A DNA stretch of 24,000 bases from Saccharolobus solfataricus. Lineage in GTDB: Archaea > Thermoproteota > Thermoprotei_A > Sulfolobales > Sulfolobaceae. The position numbers were made by a program, and so were the translations under genes. The stretch covers positions 1 through 24,000 of the forward strand of contig NZ_LT549890.1 in the NCBI RefSeq assembly GCF_900079115.1. The letters are read 5' to 3'. Shown piece by piece: positions 16,554 to 24,000 of this stretch. Each line of letters starts with the position of its first letter. The first letter of the stretch is position 1. Below the pieces are notes generated by a model, which was given only the letters and a program-made list of their open reading frames with translations, had not been told where the DNA came from and did not search any database.

Positions 16554-18773
16554 GTGGAGATTCTAAGTGAAGTAAATGACAAGCTAAAAACGTTTAACGC
16601 TAAGATAGCTCACGTTCATACAGAAACTTTTCTGGAACCGGAATATGGACCATCCATAAACGAAATAGATATTGATGATAAGCTAAAGAAATCTATTATA
16701 GAATATGGAATAGAGAGATTATATAAATATCAATATGATGCATACCGAAAAATAAAAAATAAGGAAAACGTCATGATCATATCAGGTACTGGAACCGGTA
16801 AAACTGAAGCATTTTTAATCCCAATTCTAGACCTAGCATTAAAGGGCGAAAGAAGTGTTTTAGTTTATCCTACAAAAGCTCTAGCAAGGGATCAACTTAC
16901 TAGAGTTTACAAATTAGCAAGAGAATTAGGATTGAATGTTGGGATTTTCGATGGAGATACACCGGAAAAAGAGAGAGAAAGATTGTATAGAAATCCTCCT
17001 CACATACTAATAACTAATCCAGATATGATACATTTAGGCCTAGCTTTAAGTACTAGATTCAGGTTTTTGTTAAGAACTGCTGATCATTTTATATTTGATG
17101 AAGTTCATGTATATGAAGGCGTTTTAGGTGCTCATATAAGAAATCTAGCTGATAGAATCAAGGAATTTAAGAACGATATTCATATAGTAGCGTCAAGTGC
17201 CACAGTAGGCGCTACAAAATACTTGTTTGAGGAGCTGTTCGGGGTTGAGGGGGAAATAATAGAGGGGATAAGAAGAAGAAAAGGAATCGCAATACATAGC
17301 ATTATTGATAGTGGTAATTCTAGTAGGTGGACGTTGGCTGCTTATTTGGCGGCAGTTCTAGTTAAAAATGGGCTAAAAGTACTAGTGTTTACTGATTCTC
17401 AACAGATGGCAGAGTTAGTAGCTAAGATAGCTGATAGATTTAGAGTAAATCTAGAGGTGCATAGAGCAGGTTTAATTGCAGAAGAAAGGATAAAAGTAGA
17501 GGAGAAGCTAAGAAATGGAGAATTGGATGGAGTAGTGGCCACACCTACTTTAGAGCTAGGAATAGACATAGGAACCATTGATGCAGTAATAATGGCAGAG
17601 AATCCACCAAGTTATACTAAATACGTTCAGAGAGCTGGGAGAGCAGGGAGAAGGAATAACGCTGGTTTAGTATTTACAATCTTAGGAGATGATCCTATAG
17701 ATAGTTACTATCTTAGGCACCCAGAGGAGTTCTTTACCAGAAAAATACAAGCATTAACATTTGATCCTACAAACATAGAAGTAATTAAAATTCATGCTTT
17801 AGCATATTTGGCTGAAAAATATAGAGTAAAGTTGAATAATTTACCTCCTCTTTGGAAAAAAGCATATGAGATATTAGCTACCGAAAGCAGAGCTAAAATT
17901 GTAGGTAGTTATGTCTTAGCTACTCCAGAAACTAAAAAATATGTTGCCACAACCTCTCTTAGGAGTGTAGGCCCCATAGTAAGAATATATGAAGATAAGA
18001 AGAAAATCGGCGAAAGAGAACTGCCTGCGGCATTGCATGACCTATATCCAAATGCAGTATATTTGATTTCAAAGAAGACTTACATTATAGAGGAATTTGA
18101 TATTGACAGATTAATAGCAAAGGTAAGAAAAGTTAATAGTGAGTTATCGTATTACACTAAACCCCTTTATTCAATGGATCTATTGGAGTTTAATAAAAAA
18201 GATGAGAGAGAAGTATACGGAGAAAAAGTGGAATATGGGGACATGAAATTAGTCATGAGAGTGGAAGGTTATGTAACTTATGATGTATATTCTAAAAGGG
18301 GGAAAAATGAGTACTTTTATGAAAACCCTATTTCATTTACATATAATACGAAGGGGCTTCTAATATACCACCCATTAATAGATGACTTCACTCTCATAGA
18401 TCATATGGAGACCTACCATGCAACCGAGCACGTATTAATATCTGCAGCCAGAGTTGCCGCAGGAGCGTCGTTAACTGACTTGGGAGGAATAAGCTATCCT
18501 AGTGGACACGTTGTAATATACGACTCCTCCATAGGAGGAAGCGGAGTTTCTAAATTATTATTTGAAAGATTGGAGCAAGCTTACGAAGTTGCATTAGATA
18601 TAGTTAAGAGTTGCAATTGTGAGGATGGTTGTCCTAATTGTGTATACAGTCCATATTGTGGTAATAATAATAAATATTTATCTAGGAAAAAATCGTTAAG
18701 ATTAATAGACGGGTTAATAAAGGGTACAATAAAAGGAGTAAACAAGGATAGAGAGGGAAACCCAATTGCATAA
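16554..18773 (+). CDS. Superfamily-2 DEAH-type helicase with C-terminal DUF1998/MrfA Zn-binding domain (COG1205, YprA/MrfA-like)
   Basis: 739 aa with a GTG start. Motif I '[10 protein letters not shown]', motif II 'DEVH', motif III 'SAT', motif VI 'QRAGRAGRR'. The C-terminal four-Cys cluster is '[20 protein letters not shown]'. Confidence 0.9.
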   Translation: MEILSEVNDKLKTFNAKIAHVHTETFLEPEYGPSINEIDIDDKLKKSIIEYGIERLYKYQYDAYRKIKNKENVMIISGTGTGKTEAFLIPILDLALKGERSVLVYPTKALARDQLTRVYKLARELGLNVGIFDGDTPEKERERLYRNPPHILITNPDMIHLGLALSTRFRFLLRTADHFIFDEVHVYEGVLGAHIRNLADRIKEFKNDIHIVASSATVGATKYLFEELFGVEGEIIEGIRRRKGIAIHSIIDSGNSSRWTLAAYLAAVLVKNGLKVLVFTDSQQMAELVAKIADRFRVNLEVHRAGLIAEERIKVEEKLRNGELDGVVATPTLELGIDIGTIDAVIMAENPPSYTKYVQRAGRAGRRNNAGLVFTILGDDPIDSYYLRHPEEFFTRKIQALTFDPTNIEVIKIHALAYLAEKYRVKLNNLPPLWKKAYEILATESRAKIVGSYVLATPETKKYVATTSLRSVGPIVRIYEDKKKIGERELPAALHDLYPNAVYLISKKTYIIEEFDIDRLIAKVRKVNSELSYYTKPLYSMDLLEFNKKDEREVYGEKVEYGDMKLVMRVEGYVTYDVYSKRGKNEYFYENPISFTYNTKGLLIYHPLIDDFTLIDHMETYHATEHVLISAARVAAGASLTDLGGISYPSGHVVIYDSSIGGSGVSKLLFERLEQAYEVALDIVKSCNCEDGCPNCVYSPYCGNNNKYLSRKKSLRLIDGLIKGTIKGVNKDREGNPIA

Positions 18774-20625
18774 TAACTTTTACAGAATATTAAAGCCAAC
18801 AAAAGTAGGCAATGTTGAGGTAAAGAACGTAATAAAATACTCAGAAGGTATATCTATCTTACCAAATGCCGTACCTAGATATGAATACTTTAGGGGATTA
18901 GAGGGTGAGAATGTAATTGATTTCATTGATTATAAGGGTGTAGATGACTTAGGTGACAAGCTACGAGTAAAGGCTGGTACTAAATGGAGTGAAGTTCTGG
19001 AAAAATATAAAGTAGAATTTTGGTCTAATGCGGATTTTTCTATTGGAGGGTCTGTATTCTTTAATGACCCAATTACAGGCTTTAATGAATTTGGAAAGAT
19101 AAATGGGAGAGTTGAAGTTGATGCCTACTTGGATGGCAAATATTACTCTGGACGATATAAGGGTGGAATTGTAATACATGTCTATTTGAAAAAAGAGGAA
19201 AAGGAAATAGTGTATAAAAGGTTATATGGAAACTTATCCGAATTAATTTCTATTATAAAAAGTTGGTATACTTCAAGAATACCAGTATTTAGGGAAGTTA
19301 GTCTAGTAAAGAAAGATAAGGAGAGTTATATACTGGTATCATATCCCAAAACAAGAGAAGTACTGCTACAGGGTTTATTAAGCGAGTTTAACGAAGAAAG
19401 TTCACCTATTGTTGAGAAGATAGAGTATGAGTATTGGTATCTAGGTTACTCACCTCTAAACACAATTGATAGTATAATTAATCTTGCAAAAGAATCTCAG
19501 CTGTCGGTAATACGATTTAGAAAGGATGAAATCGCTTATTCAATTTACTCTAATAAGCGACTAGAGTCTATAAGAAACACTCTAGAGTATTCTACCATAG
19601 AGGGAGAAGGCTTATTCAATGGATGCATTCTATGCGGTAAATGTGTTAGTGTTTGCCCTTACGGTAAACAAACTAATGACGTATTCCATACTCCTCTTGG
19701 TTTCTATTCAATCACATATTTTGAGAAAGAGAACGATCTGGCTAATTGTCACATGTGTGGTTTATGTGAACAAGTTTGTCCTGTAAGATTAGATATCACT
19801 AATGAATTAAGAAAAGCTACAAAAATTAATCAAATATCCCCTAAGAATCTACTCAGAAGTATTAACAGCGATCTAAGTAGTGTTCTGATAATAACATCTT
19901 TATCAGAAGAACTTAATGATCAAATAATTAAGTCTCTTATATACTTAATTAAAAAAGGTAAGAGAGTAGGTATATTTTACCTAGCAGAAGACTTTTCGAA
20001 AATAGTGAAGAATGAGTTTAGTTTAGAGGGATTGTTAAAATTTAAAGAAATTTATACCATAACACCTGAAGAATATTTCTATTTACAGAAACTAAAGAAA
20101 AGGACTGTAATAGATATATACAATATACAATTATTAGCAATGAACGACTTAAAAATGAATAAAGATAACCTTCATATACCATGCTTGTTAGGGAGTGAGT
20201 TAAACGAGTCAAATTTTACTTGCACCAATGTGTTTCTTAATATCCTTAATAATAAGGATAATATTAATAGGACAATTGATAAAAAAGTTACACTATGCCC
20301 ATTAACTGCAAGGGAATTAAATATTAAAACACCGTTAGATTTAGTTGAAATAAACTTAGATGAAAATTATATTAGCGATTTTTACAAAAAGCTTGAGATC
20401 GGTACTAAAGATTTAGGAGAAGATATTGAGGAAGATTTAGGTTGGTACAAGGATATTGAGGATAGAATAGTAGATGAAGTATACTCTACACTAATAGATG
20501 GAATAATTAAAGGCGAGAACATAGAGAACTTAGTTCTACTGTATTTCAAACTAAATAGTATGGACTTAACCAAAAATATTAAAGAGATCTTAATGGATAA
20601 GTTAACTAAAATTATTTTCTCCTAA
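18766..20625 (+). CDS. Fe-S protein: degenerate FAD-binding-4 (GlcD-like) domain, 2x[4Fe-4S] ferredoxin motifs and a GlcF/GlpC-like C-terminal region
   Basis: 619 aa. The TTG start overlaps the helicase stop by 8 nt. '[12 protein letters not shown]...FSIGGSV....G......G.I...VEVDAYLDG' follows the PCMH FAD-binding pattern, but the N-terminal GxGxS/T motif is not recognisable. The two ferredoxin motifs are '[12 protein letters not shown]' and '[12 protein letters not shown]'. The C-terminal 270 aa is Cys-poor, with remnants such as 'HIPC' and 'LCPLTA'. Confidence 0.65.
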   Translation: MHNNFYRILKPTKVGNVEVKNVIKYSEGISILPNAVPRYEYFRGLEGENVIDFIDYKGVDDLGDKLRVKAGTKWSEVLEKYKVEFWSNADFSIGGSVFFNDPITGFNEFGKINGRVEVDAYLDGKYYSGRYKGGIVIHVYLKKEEKEIVYKRLYGNLSELISIIKSWYTSRIPVFREVSLVKKDKESYILVSYPKTREVLLQGLLSEFNEESSPIVEKIEYEYWYLGYSPLNTIDSIINLAKESQLSVIRFRKDEIAYSIYSNKRLESIRNTLEYSTIEGEGLFNGCILCGKCVSVCPYGKQTNDVFHTPLGFYSITYFEKENDLANCHMCGLCEQVCPVRLDITNELRKATKINQISPKNLLRSINSDLSSVLIITSLSEELNDQIIKSLIYLIKKGKRVGIFYLAEDFSKIVKNEFSLEGLLKFKEIYTITPEEYFYLQKLKKRTVIDIYNIQLLAMNDLKMNKDNLHIPCLLGSELNESNFTCTNVFLNILNNKDNINRTIDKKVTLCPLTARELNIKTPLDLVEINLDENYISDFYKKLEIGTKDLGEDIEEDLGWYKDIEDRIVDEVYSTLIDGIIKGENIENLVLLYFKLNSMDLTKNIKEILMDKLTKIIFS

Positions 20626-21160
20626 CAATATAAAGCAGATGGCCAATTTCTGGTAATATCAATTCCTTCATAGCTAATCTTACAGCGTCAGGTGAACCGG
20701 GCAACAGGAAAATTACCTTGTCGTTTATTATTCCAGCAGTAGCTTTTGTCAAATATGATGCGGATTTAACTTCAGGATCATTATAGCTCACCAGTCTAAA
20801 TACATCGGAAAAACCCTCGATTTCTCTATCGAATATTCTTCTTATAGTCTCTACTGTGACATCACTCTGCGTATAACCAGTACCGCCTGTTGATATAATT
20901 ACGTCAGTTTGGGAATTATCTAAGGCGTTTGCAAAAGCTTTAAGTATTTTTACTTTCTCATCCGGCACTAATTCGTAACCTATTATATTATAGTTCGATT
21001 GTATAATTAACTGTTTTATAATATCCCCGGACTCATCTATTAAAGGTTCCTTTCTCACTAATTTCTCATATCTAGAAGTACTTATTGTAATTACGTAAAA
21101 GTTTATATTAGTAGGAGCGTGTTGCCTATGTTGTTTATGAGCTGACATAAGATTATTCAA
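20612..21160 (-). CDS. moaB: MoaB/MogA-family molybdenum cofactor biosynthesis protein
   Basis: 182 aa. Has '[16 protein letters not shown]' (MoCF_biosynth signature) and 'LPGSPDAV'. Its 3' end overlaps the convergent Fe-S gene by 14 nt. Confidence 0.85.
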   Translation of the reverse strand: MNNLMSAHKQHRQHAPTNINFYVITISTSRYEKLVRKEPLIDESGDIIKQLIIQSNYNIIGYELVPDEKVKILKAFANALDNSQTDVIISTGGTGYTQSDVTVETIRRIFDREIEGFSDVFRLVSYNDPEVKSASYLTKATAGIINDKVIFLLPGSPDAVRLAMKELILPEIGHLLYIVRRK

Positions 21161-21163
21161 TCT

Positions 21164-21973
21164 TCAAAATGATTTTAACTTTACTATTTCAGCTATATCT
21201 AAATCCATATCGTTAAATTCATCCCTCACCAGAATCTTTCCTTTAATAAAAATTTCCATATTAGGTAATAGTTCTGTAAATCTAGTCCTAAAACTAGTTA
21301 AAATATACTCGTTGCCATGATTGTCAGTTACAAGATACTTTACTGGAATAGTAAATGGTTTAATTGATTTTAAAATTCTCACATATCCTTCAAATTCCTT
21401 TACTTCCCTAACTGGACCAAATTTTTCACATTGGACAATTTTAAATGTATATCCTCGCCCTTCAAAAATGCCTTCTAAAATCCTTTTACTTTTTAAAATC
21501 TTAAATGAAGAATAGTCTAGAGTCTCTATTTCAGACTCTTCGACAGTGGATAACGGTTTAGTGATCCCCTTTTTTCTTAACTCCTCTAAGACGTAATAAT
21601 GTTCTGGTTTGAAGCTCAAGAAGTCCATATCATTACCCTTGCCTAAATACAAATAGCTCCCAGTAATTCCTACATCTCCATTAAAAAAGCGCAGGAATTC
21701 TCTTACTCTGTTATTGAATATCTTAGCATTGAATGGATCTAAGATTTCACTTTCGTTTAGGGGAACTAAAGGTACATTAAATCCTATCTCATCAACATAT
21801 TTTAATAAATTGCTAAATTTAGTTCTTACTACTTCTAACGCATCATTTAACCTCTTGATCTTTACCCCATTGAATAATCTAGGTATTGCAACAGCATACC
21901 CATCTGGATGATAGCATCCTTTAATGCTCCATATTACATCTCTATATTTTAGAAAATAACCCTCAACTATCAT
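21164..21973 (-). CDS. Pol-beta-superfamily nucleotidyltransferase with a probable C-terminal OB-fold (archaeal COG1665-like)
   Basis: 269 aa. The minimal NTase motif is 'GITGSYLYLGKGNDMDFL' (hG[GS]x9-13DhD). The C-terminal beta-rich region 'YTFKIV...GYVRIL...YILTSFRTRF...IFIKGKILV' resembles an OB barrel. It ends 3 nt upstream of moaB. Confidence 0.55.
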   Translation of the reverse strand: MIVEGYFLKYRDVIWSIKGCYHPDGYAVAIPRLFNGVKIKRLNDALEVVRTKFSNLLKYVDEIGFNVPLVPLNESEILDPFNAKIFNNRVREFLRFFNGDVGITGSYLYLGKGNDMDFLSFKPEHYYVLEELRKKGITKPLSTVEESEIETLDYSSFKILKSKRILEGIFEGRGYTFKIVQCEKFGPVREVKEFEGYVRILKSIKPFTIPVKYLVTDNHGNEYILTSFRTRFTELLPNMEIFIKGKILVRDEFNDMDLDIAEIVKLKSF

Positions 21974-21998
21974 ACTCTTAGTTAACTTTTTAATAACT

Positions 21999-23030
21999 AT
22001 GACTTATCAACATTACGATTTGAAGGTCATTATAGTCGGAGGAGGAATAGTAGGTAGTTCGATTTATAGATTGTTAAAGAAAAATGGAATTGAAGTACAA
22101 TTAATTGATCCTAAAGTAAAAAGACCATTTCCAAGTCTAATCCATTCTTTGTTGTTAAAGGGAAAAGATATTGAATTAGCTAAATTGTCTTTAAATTTTT
22201 ATAAAAAATTTAACATCCCTTATTACCCTTTTAAATCATACACTTTAGGTAAAATCAACTCTTCAATAATAGACTCGTGGATCTCTGCCGGAGTTAATAT
22301 TAACGTAAAATATGTAAATTGGATAAATGACCAGGCCATTGAGGCCATTGGCGGAGATGGATTAGTGTCCATCGGAAGTTTAATAAACAGTACAGAAAAG
22401 ATTATATATCAGTCCAATATTGTCATCGACAAGGGTAAGGGATTTGTTAAAATTAATAATAAACTATATGAAAGCGATTTGATAATTCTCTCTGCTGGAG
22501 CGTGGAGTAAATATTTAATTAACGTTAAGCTCCCTGTAAAGACTTACTATTGTTGGGCTTCACTATTTTTAAGTAAAAAGAAAGAGGTAGGATCTAATAT
22601 AATATATGATTACGTTAATAACTTCTATTCTAGACCAGTTATAGGGCTTGGATTTCCGTTAGCTATTATGGGAGATGGAAAAGCTATAGAAACTACTCCT
22701 TTACAGCAAAATATCTGTATAGAAGATAAGAATGAAGTTTCCGCTAGAATTTCCAGGAGGCTAGGTGAAGTCAAGGAGTTATATACTTCTGGTAGTTTTT
22801 GTGAAGCCACGCCAGACATGAGACCAGCATATGGAAAAATAGCTGAAAATGTATATTTTATAGGTGGATTTAACGGTTATGGAGCTGAGGTAGGGCCAGG
22901 GTTAGCTCATGTCCTTGTAGAGGAGATTTTATCTAAAAAAGAAGATACTTATTTTACGGAATATAGACTAGAAAGGCTTAATGGGTATGATGGCAATTTC
23001 GAAATAGGGCAAGAACCTCATGAGTTATAG
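21999..23030 (+). CDS. FAD-dependent oxidoreductase (DAO / glycine-oxidase-like family)
   Basis: 343 aa. The N-terminal Rossmann dinucleotide motif is 'VIIVGGGIVGSSIYRLLKKNGIEVQLID'. The C-terminal 'GGFNGYGAEVGPGLAHVL' is typical of the DAO family. Confidence 0.8.
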   Translation: MTYQHYDLKVIIVGGGIVGSSIYRLLKKNGIEVQLIDPKVKRPFPSLIHSLLLKGKDIELAKLSLNFYKKFNIPYYPFKSYTLGKINSSIIDSWISAGVNINVKYVNWINDQAIEAIGGDGLVSIGSLINSTEKIIYQSNIVIDKGKGFVKINNKLYESDLIILSAGAWSKYLINVKLPVKTYYCWASLFLSKKKEVGSNIIYDYVNNFYSRPVIGLGFPLAIMGDGKAIETTPLQQNICIEDKNEVSARISRRLGEVKELYTSGSFCEATPDMRPAYGKIAENVYFIGGFNGYGAEVGPGLAHVLVEEILSKKEDTYFTEYRLERLNGYDGNFEIGQEPHEL

Positions 23031-23458
23031 ATTCTTAAATGAGCTTTTATCGTTTCATCCTCACTTATGGATAGCTTGCTAATTTCTAAATGAGACCTCT
23101 GCTTATCTCTACATTTTATGCAATCGTATAGTATCCACGCTCCTAAAAATTCGTCACCATAATAATATTTAATTCCTCTCCATCCCTCTTTGATAAGCAA
23201 ACTATCGGCTACTTTCTCATTCGTAGTTGGAAATGCCACCATTTTCTCTAATTTTATGTAATACGGAGAGTAATTCTTGAAATATTTTGCGTGTATAAGT
23301 ACTGAAAATGGTGTGTAAAATTCATCTATATCACTTACCTTAACTATTTGTACAATGTTATTATTGTCAACGTATATCGCTACGTTTCTATAATCTTGGA
23401 ACAGATCTTCCAGAAATGACCAAGGGGAAGGTTGTGATCCTAATAGCCATGATATCAT
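23018..23458 (-). CDS. Hypothetical protein (146 aa), no recognisable motif
   Basis: The ORF has a normal amino-acid composition, unlike the shadow ORFs. Its convergent 13-nt overlap with the FAD oxidoreductase gene is compatible with local gene packing. Confidence 0.5.
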   Translation of the reverse strand: MISWLLGSQPSPWSFLEDLFQDYRNVAIYVDNNNIVQIVKVSDIDEFYTPFSVLIHAKYFKNYSPYYIKLEKMVAFPTTNEKVADSLLIKEGWRGIKYYYGDEFLGAWILYDCIKCRDKQRSHLEISKLSISEDETIKAHLRIYNS

Positions 23459-23498
23459 AGTTAGTAGACTTTTTAACTGGAAAATAAAAAATTATTTC

Positions 23499-23555
23499 GA
23501 AAATGATGAAGTGACGGTTTTCTGAGTTGTGAAGACCATTCCCCTCACTGAGGCA
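23499..23555 (+). ncRNA. Archaeal C/D-box sRNA (2'-O-methylation guide)
   Basis: Complete box architecture read directly from the sequence. C box AUGAUGA 23503-23509; 12-nt guide AGUGACGGUUUU 23510-23521; D' box CUGA 23522-23525; 3-nt linker; C'-like box GUGAAGA 23529-23535 (one mismatch to RUGAUGA); 12-nt guide CCAUUCCCCUCA 23536-23547; D box CUGA 23548-23551. A TATA-like 'TTTTTAA' at 23470-23476 lies ~25 nt upstream of the predicted 5' end. The ends are approximate. Confidence 0.75.
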
Positions 23556-23563
23556 GATATTAT

Positions 23564-24000
23564 ATGAGATCCAAATTGATGTTTATTAGTGATCTAGAAA
23601 AATTAGCTAAAAGACTAGAGGAATTGTATGGAGATATAGAACTAGATGATATAGTACAAAGACTAATAGATTTTTATGAATTAGGATTCACAAATATTAA
23701 CCACTCCAGTCTACAATTAATATTATCTGCTTACTTCAAGAGTCTAGGCTATAGAGTATTCGTGGAGTATGAGAAGAAAGGAAAACTACTTGATCTCTAC
23801 GTTAGTGATGAAGATATGGGAATAGAAGTAGAATATGGTTATATACCCAATTCAGATGCCATAGATGCTGAAGAGTATCTATTAAGTAGAATTTCACTAA
23901 AAATTCTGAGGTATAGTAGTTTATCATCGAAGTTCTATATTGCAGTGCCCTCTTTTTATATGCCACCTATCCCCGAGGAATTAACAGCTGACGTAAAAGA
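23564..24000 (+). CDS. Hypothetical protein, 5' partial at the window edge; possible PD-(D/E)xK (restriction-endonuclease-like) fold
   Basis: My own translation; the ORF is open to the window end and so is absent from the track. It reads MRSKLMFISDLEKLAKRLEELYGDIELDDIVQRLIDFYELGFTNINHSSLQLILSAYFKSLGYRVFVEYEKKGKLLDLYVSDEDMGIEVEYGYIP... The 'VEYE ... LDLYV ... IEVEY' spacing resembles an E-D-ExE/K nuclease core. This call is tentative. Confidence 0.45.
   Translation, partial: MRSKLMFISDLEKLAKRLEELYGDIELDDIVQRLIDFYELGFTNINHSSLQLILSAYFKSLGYRVFVEYEKKGKLLDLYVSDEDMGIEVEYGYIPNSDAIDAEEYLLSRISLKILRYSSLSSKFYIAVPSFYMPPIPEELTADVK

Noticed and set aside
1-24000. Search for tRNA, rRNA, SRP/RNase P RNA genes
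   Set aside because: Structured RNAs in hyperthermophiles stand out as GC-rich islands in AT-rich genomes. I saw no such island outside coding sequence and no cloverleaf-compatible segment. This is a by-eye scan, so tRNAscan-SE or Infernal should confirm it.

Overview
AT-rich, gene-dense chromosome that looks crenarchaeal, most like Sulfolobales (Saccharolobus/Sulfolobus). Reasons: many apparently leaderless genes with TATA-like boxes about 25 nt upstream of the start, frequent 4-11 nt gene overlaps, and lineage-typical genes (a fused GATase-QueC archaeosine enzyme, a ThiD-ThiN fusion, a prokaryotic TRIC channel). From memory, which I cannot verify here, the Cas4-like ORF resembles the stand-alone Cas4 SSO0001 of S. 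solfataricus. I support about 26 protein genes, one complete C/D-box sRNA that an ORF track cannot show, and several intragenic perfect repeats. I saw no rRNA, tRNA or CRISPR array. Most of the window is housekeeping: thiamine, ribokinase, M24 peptidase, HDAC-like deacetylase, MoaB and tRNA modification. Items worth a second look: (1) a 282-aa TnpB-like RuvC/Zn-finger protein with an apparently intact catalytic triad, no TnpA and no room for a normal IS right end or omega-RNA; (2) a COG1205/MrfA-type DEAH helicase with a DUF1998 Zn cluster, overlapping by 8 nt a 619-aa protein that has a degenerate FAD-binding domain and two 4Fe-4S motifs; (3) an orphan Cas4 nuclease whose start overlaps the stop of a membrane GT2 glycosyltransferase; (4) a 974-aa multi-repeat, sequon-rich surface protein carrying 106-bp and 44-bp perfect internal repeats; (5) a C/D-box sRNA in front of a partial nuclease-like ORF; (6) a divergent pair of a small wHTH protein and an atypical kinase-like protein; (7) a 660-bp non-coding gap. 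No known multi-gene defence or novel system can be demonstrated from sequence alone. The candidates are flagged as hypotheses.
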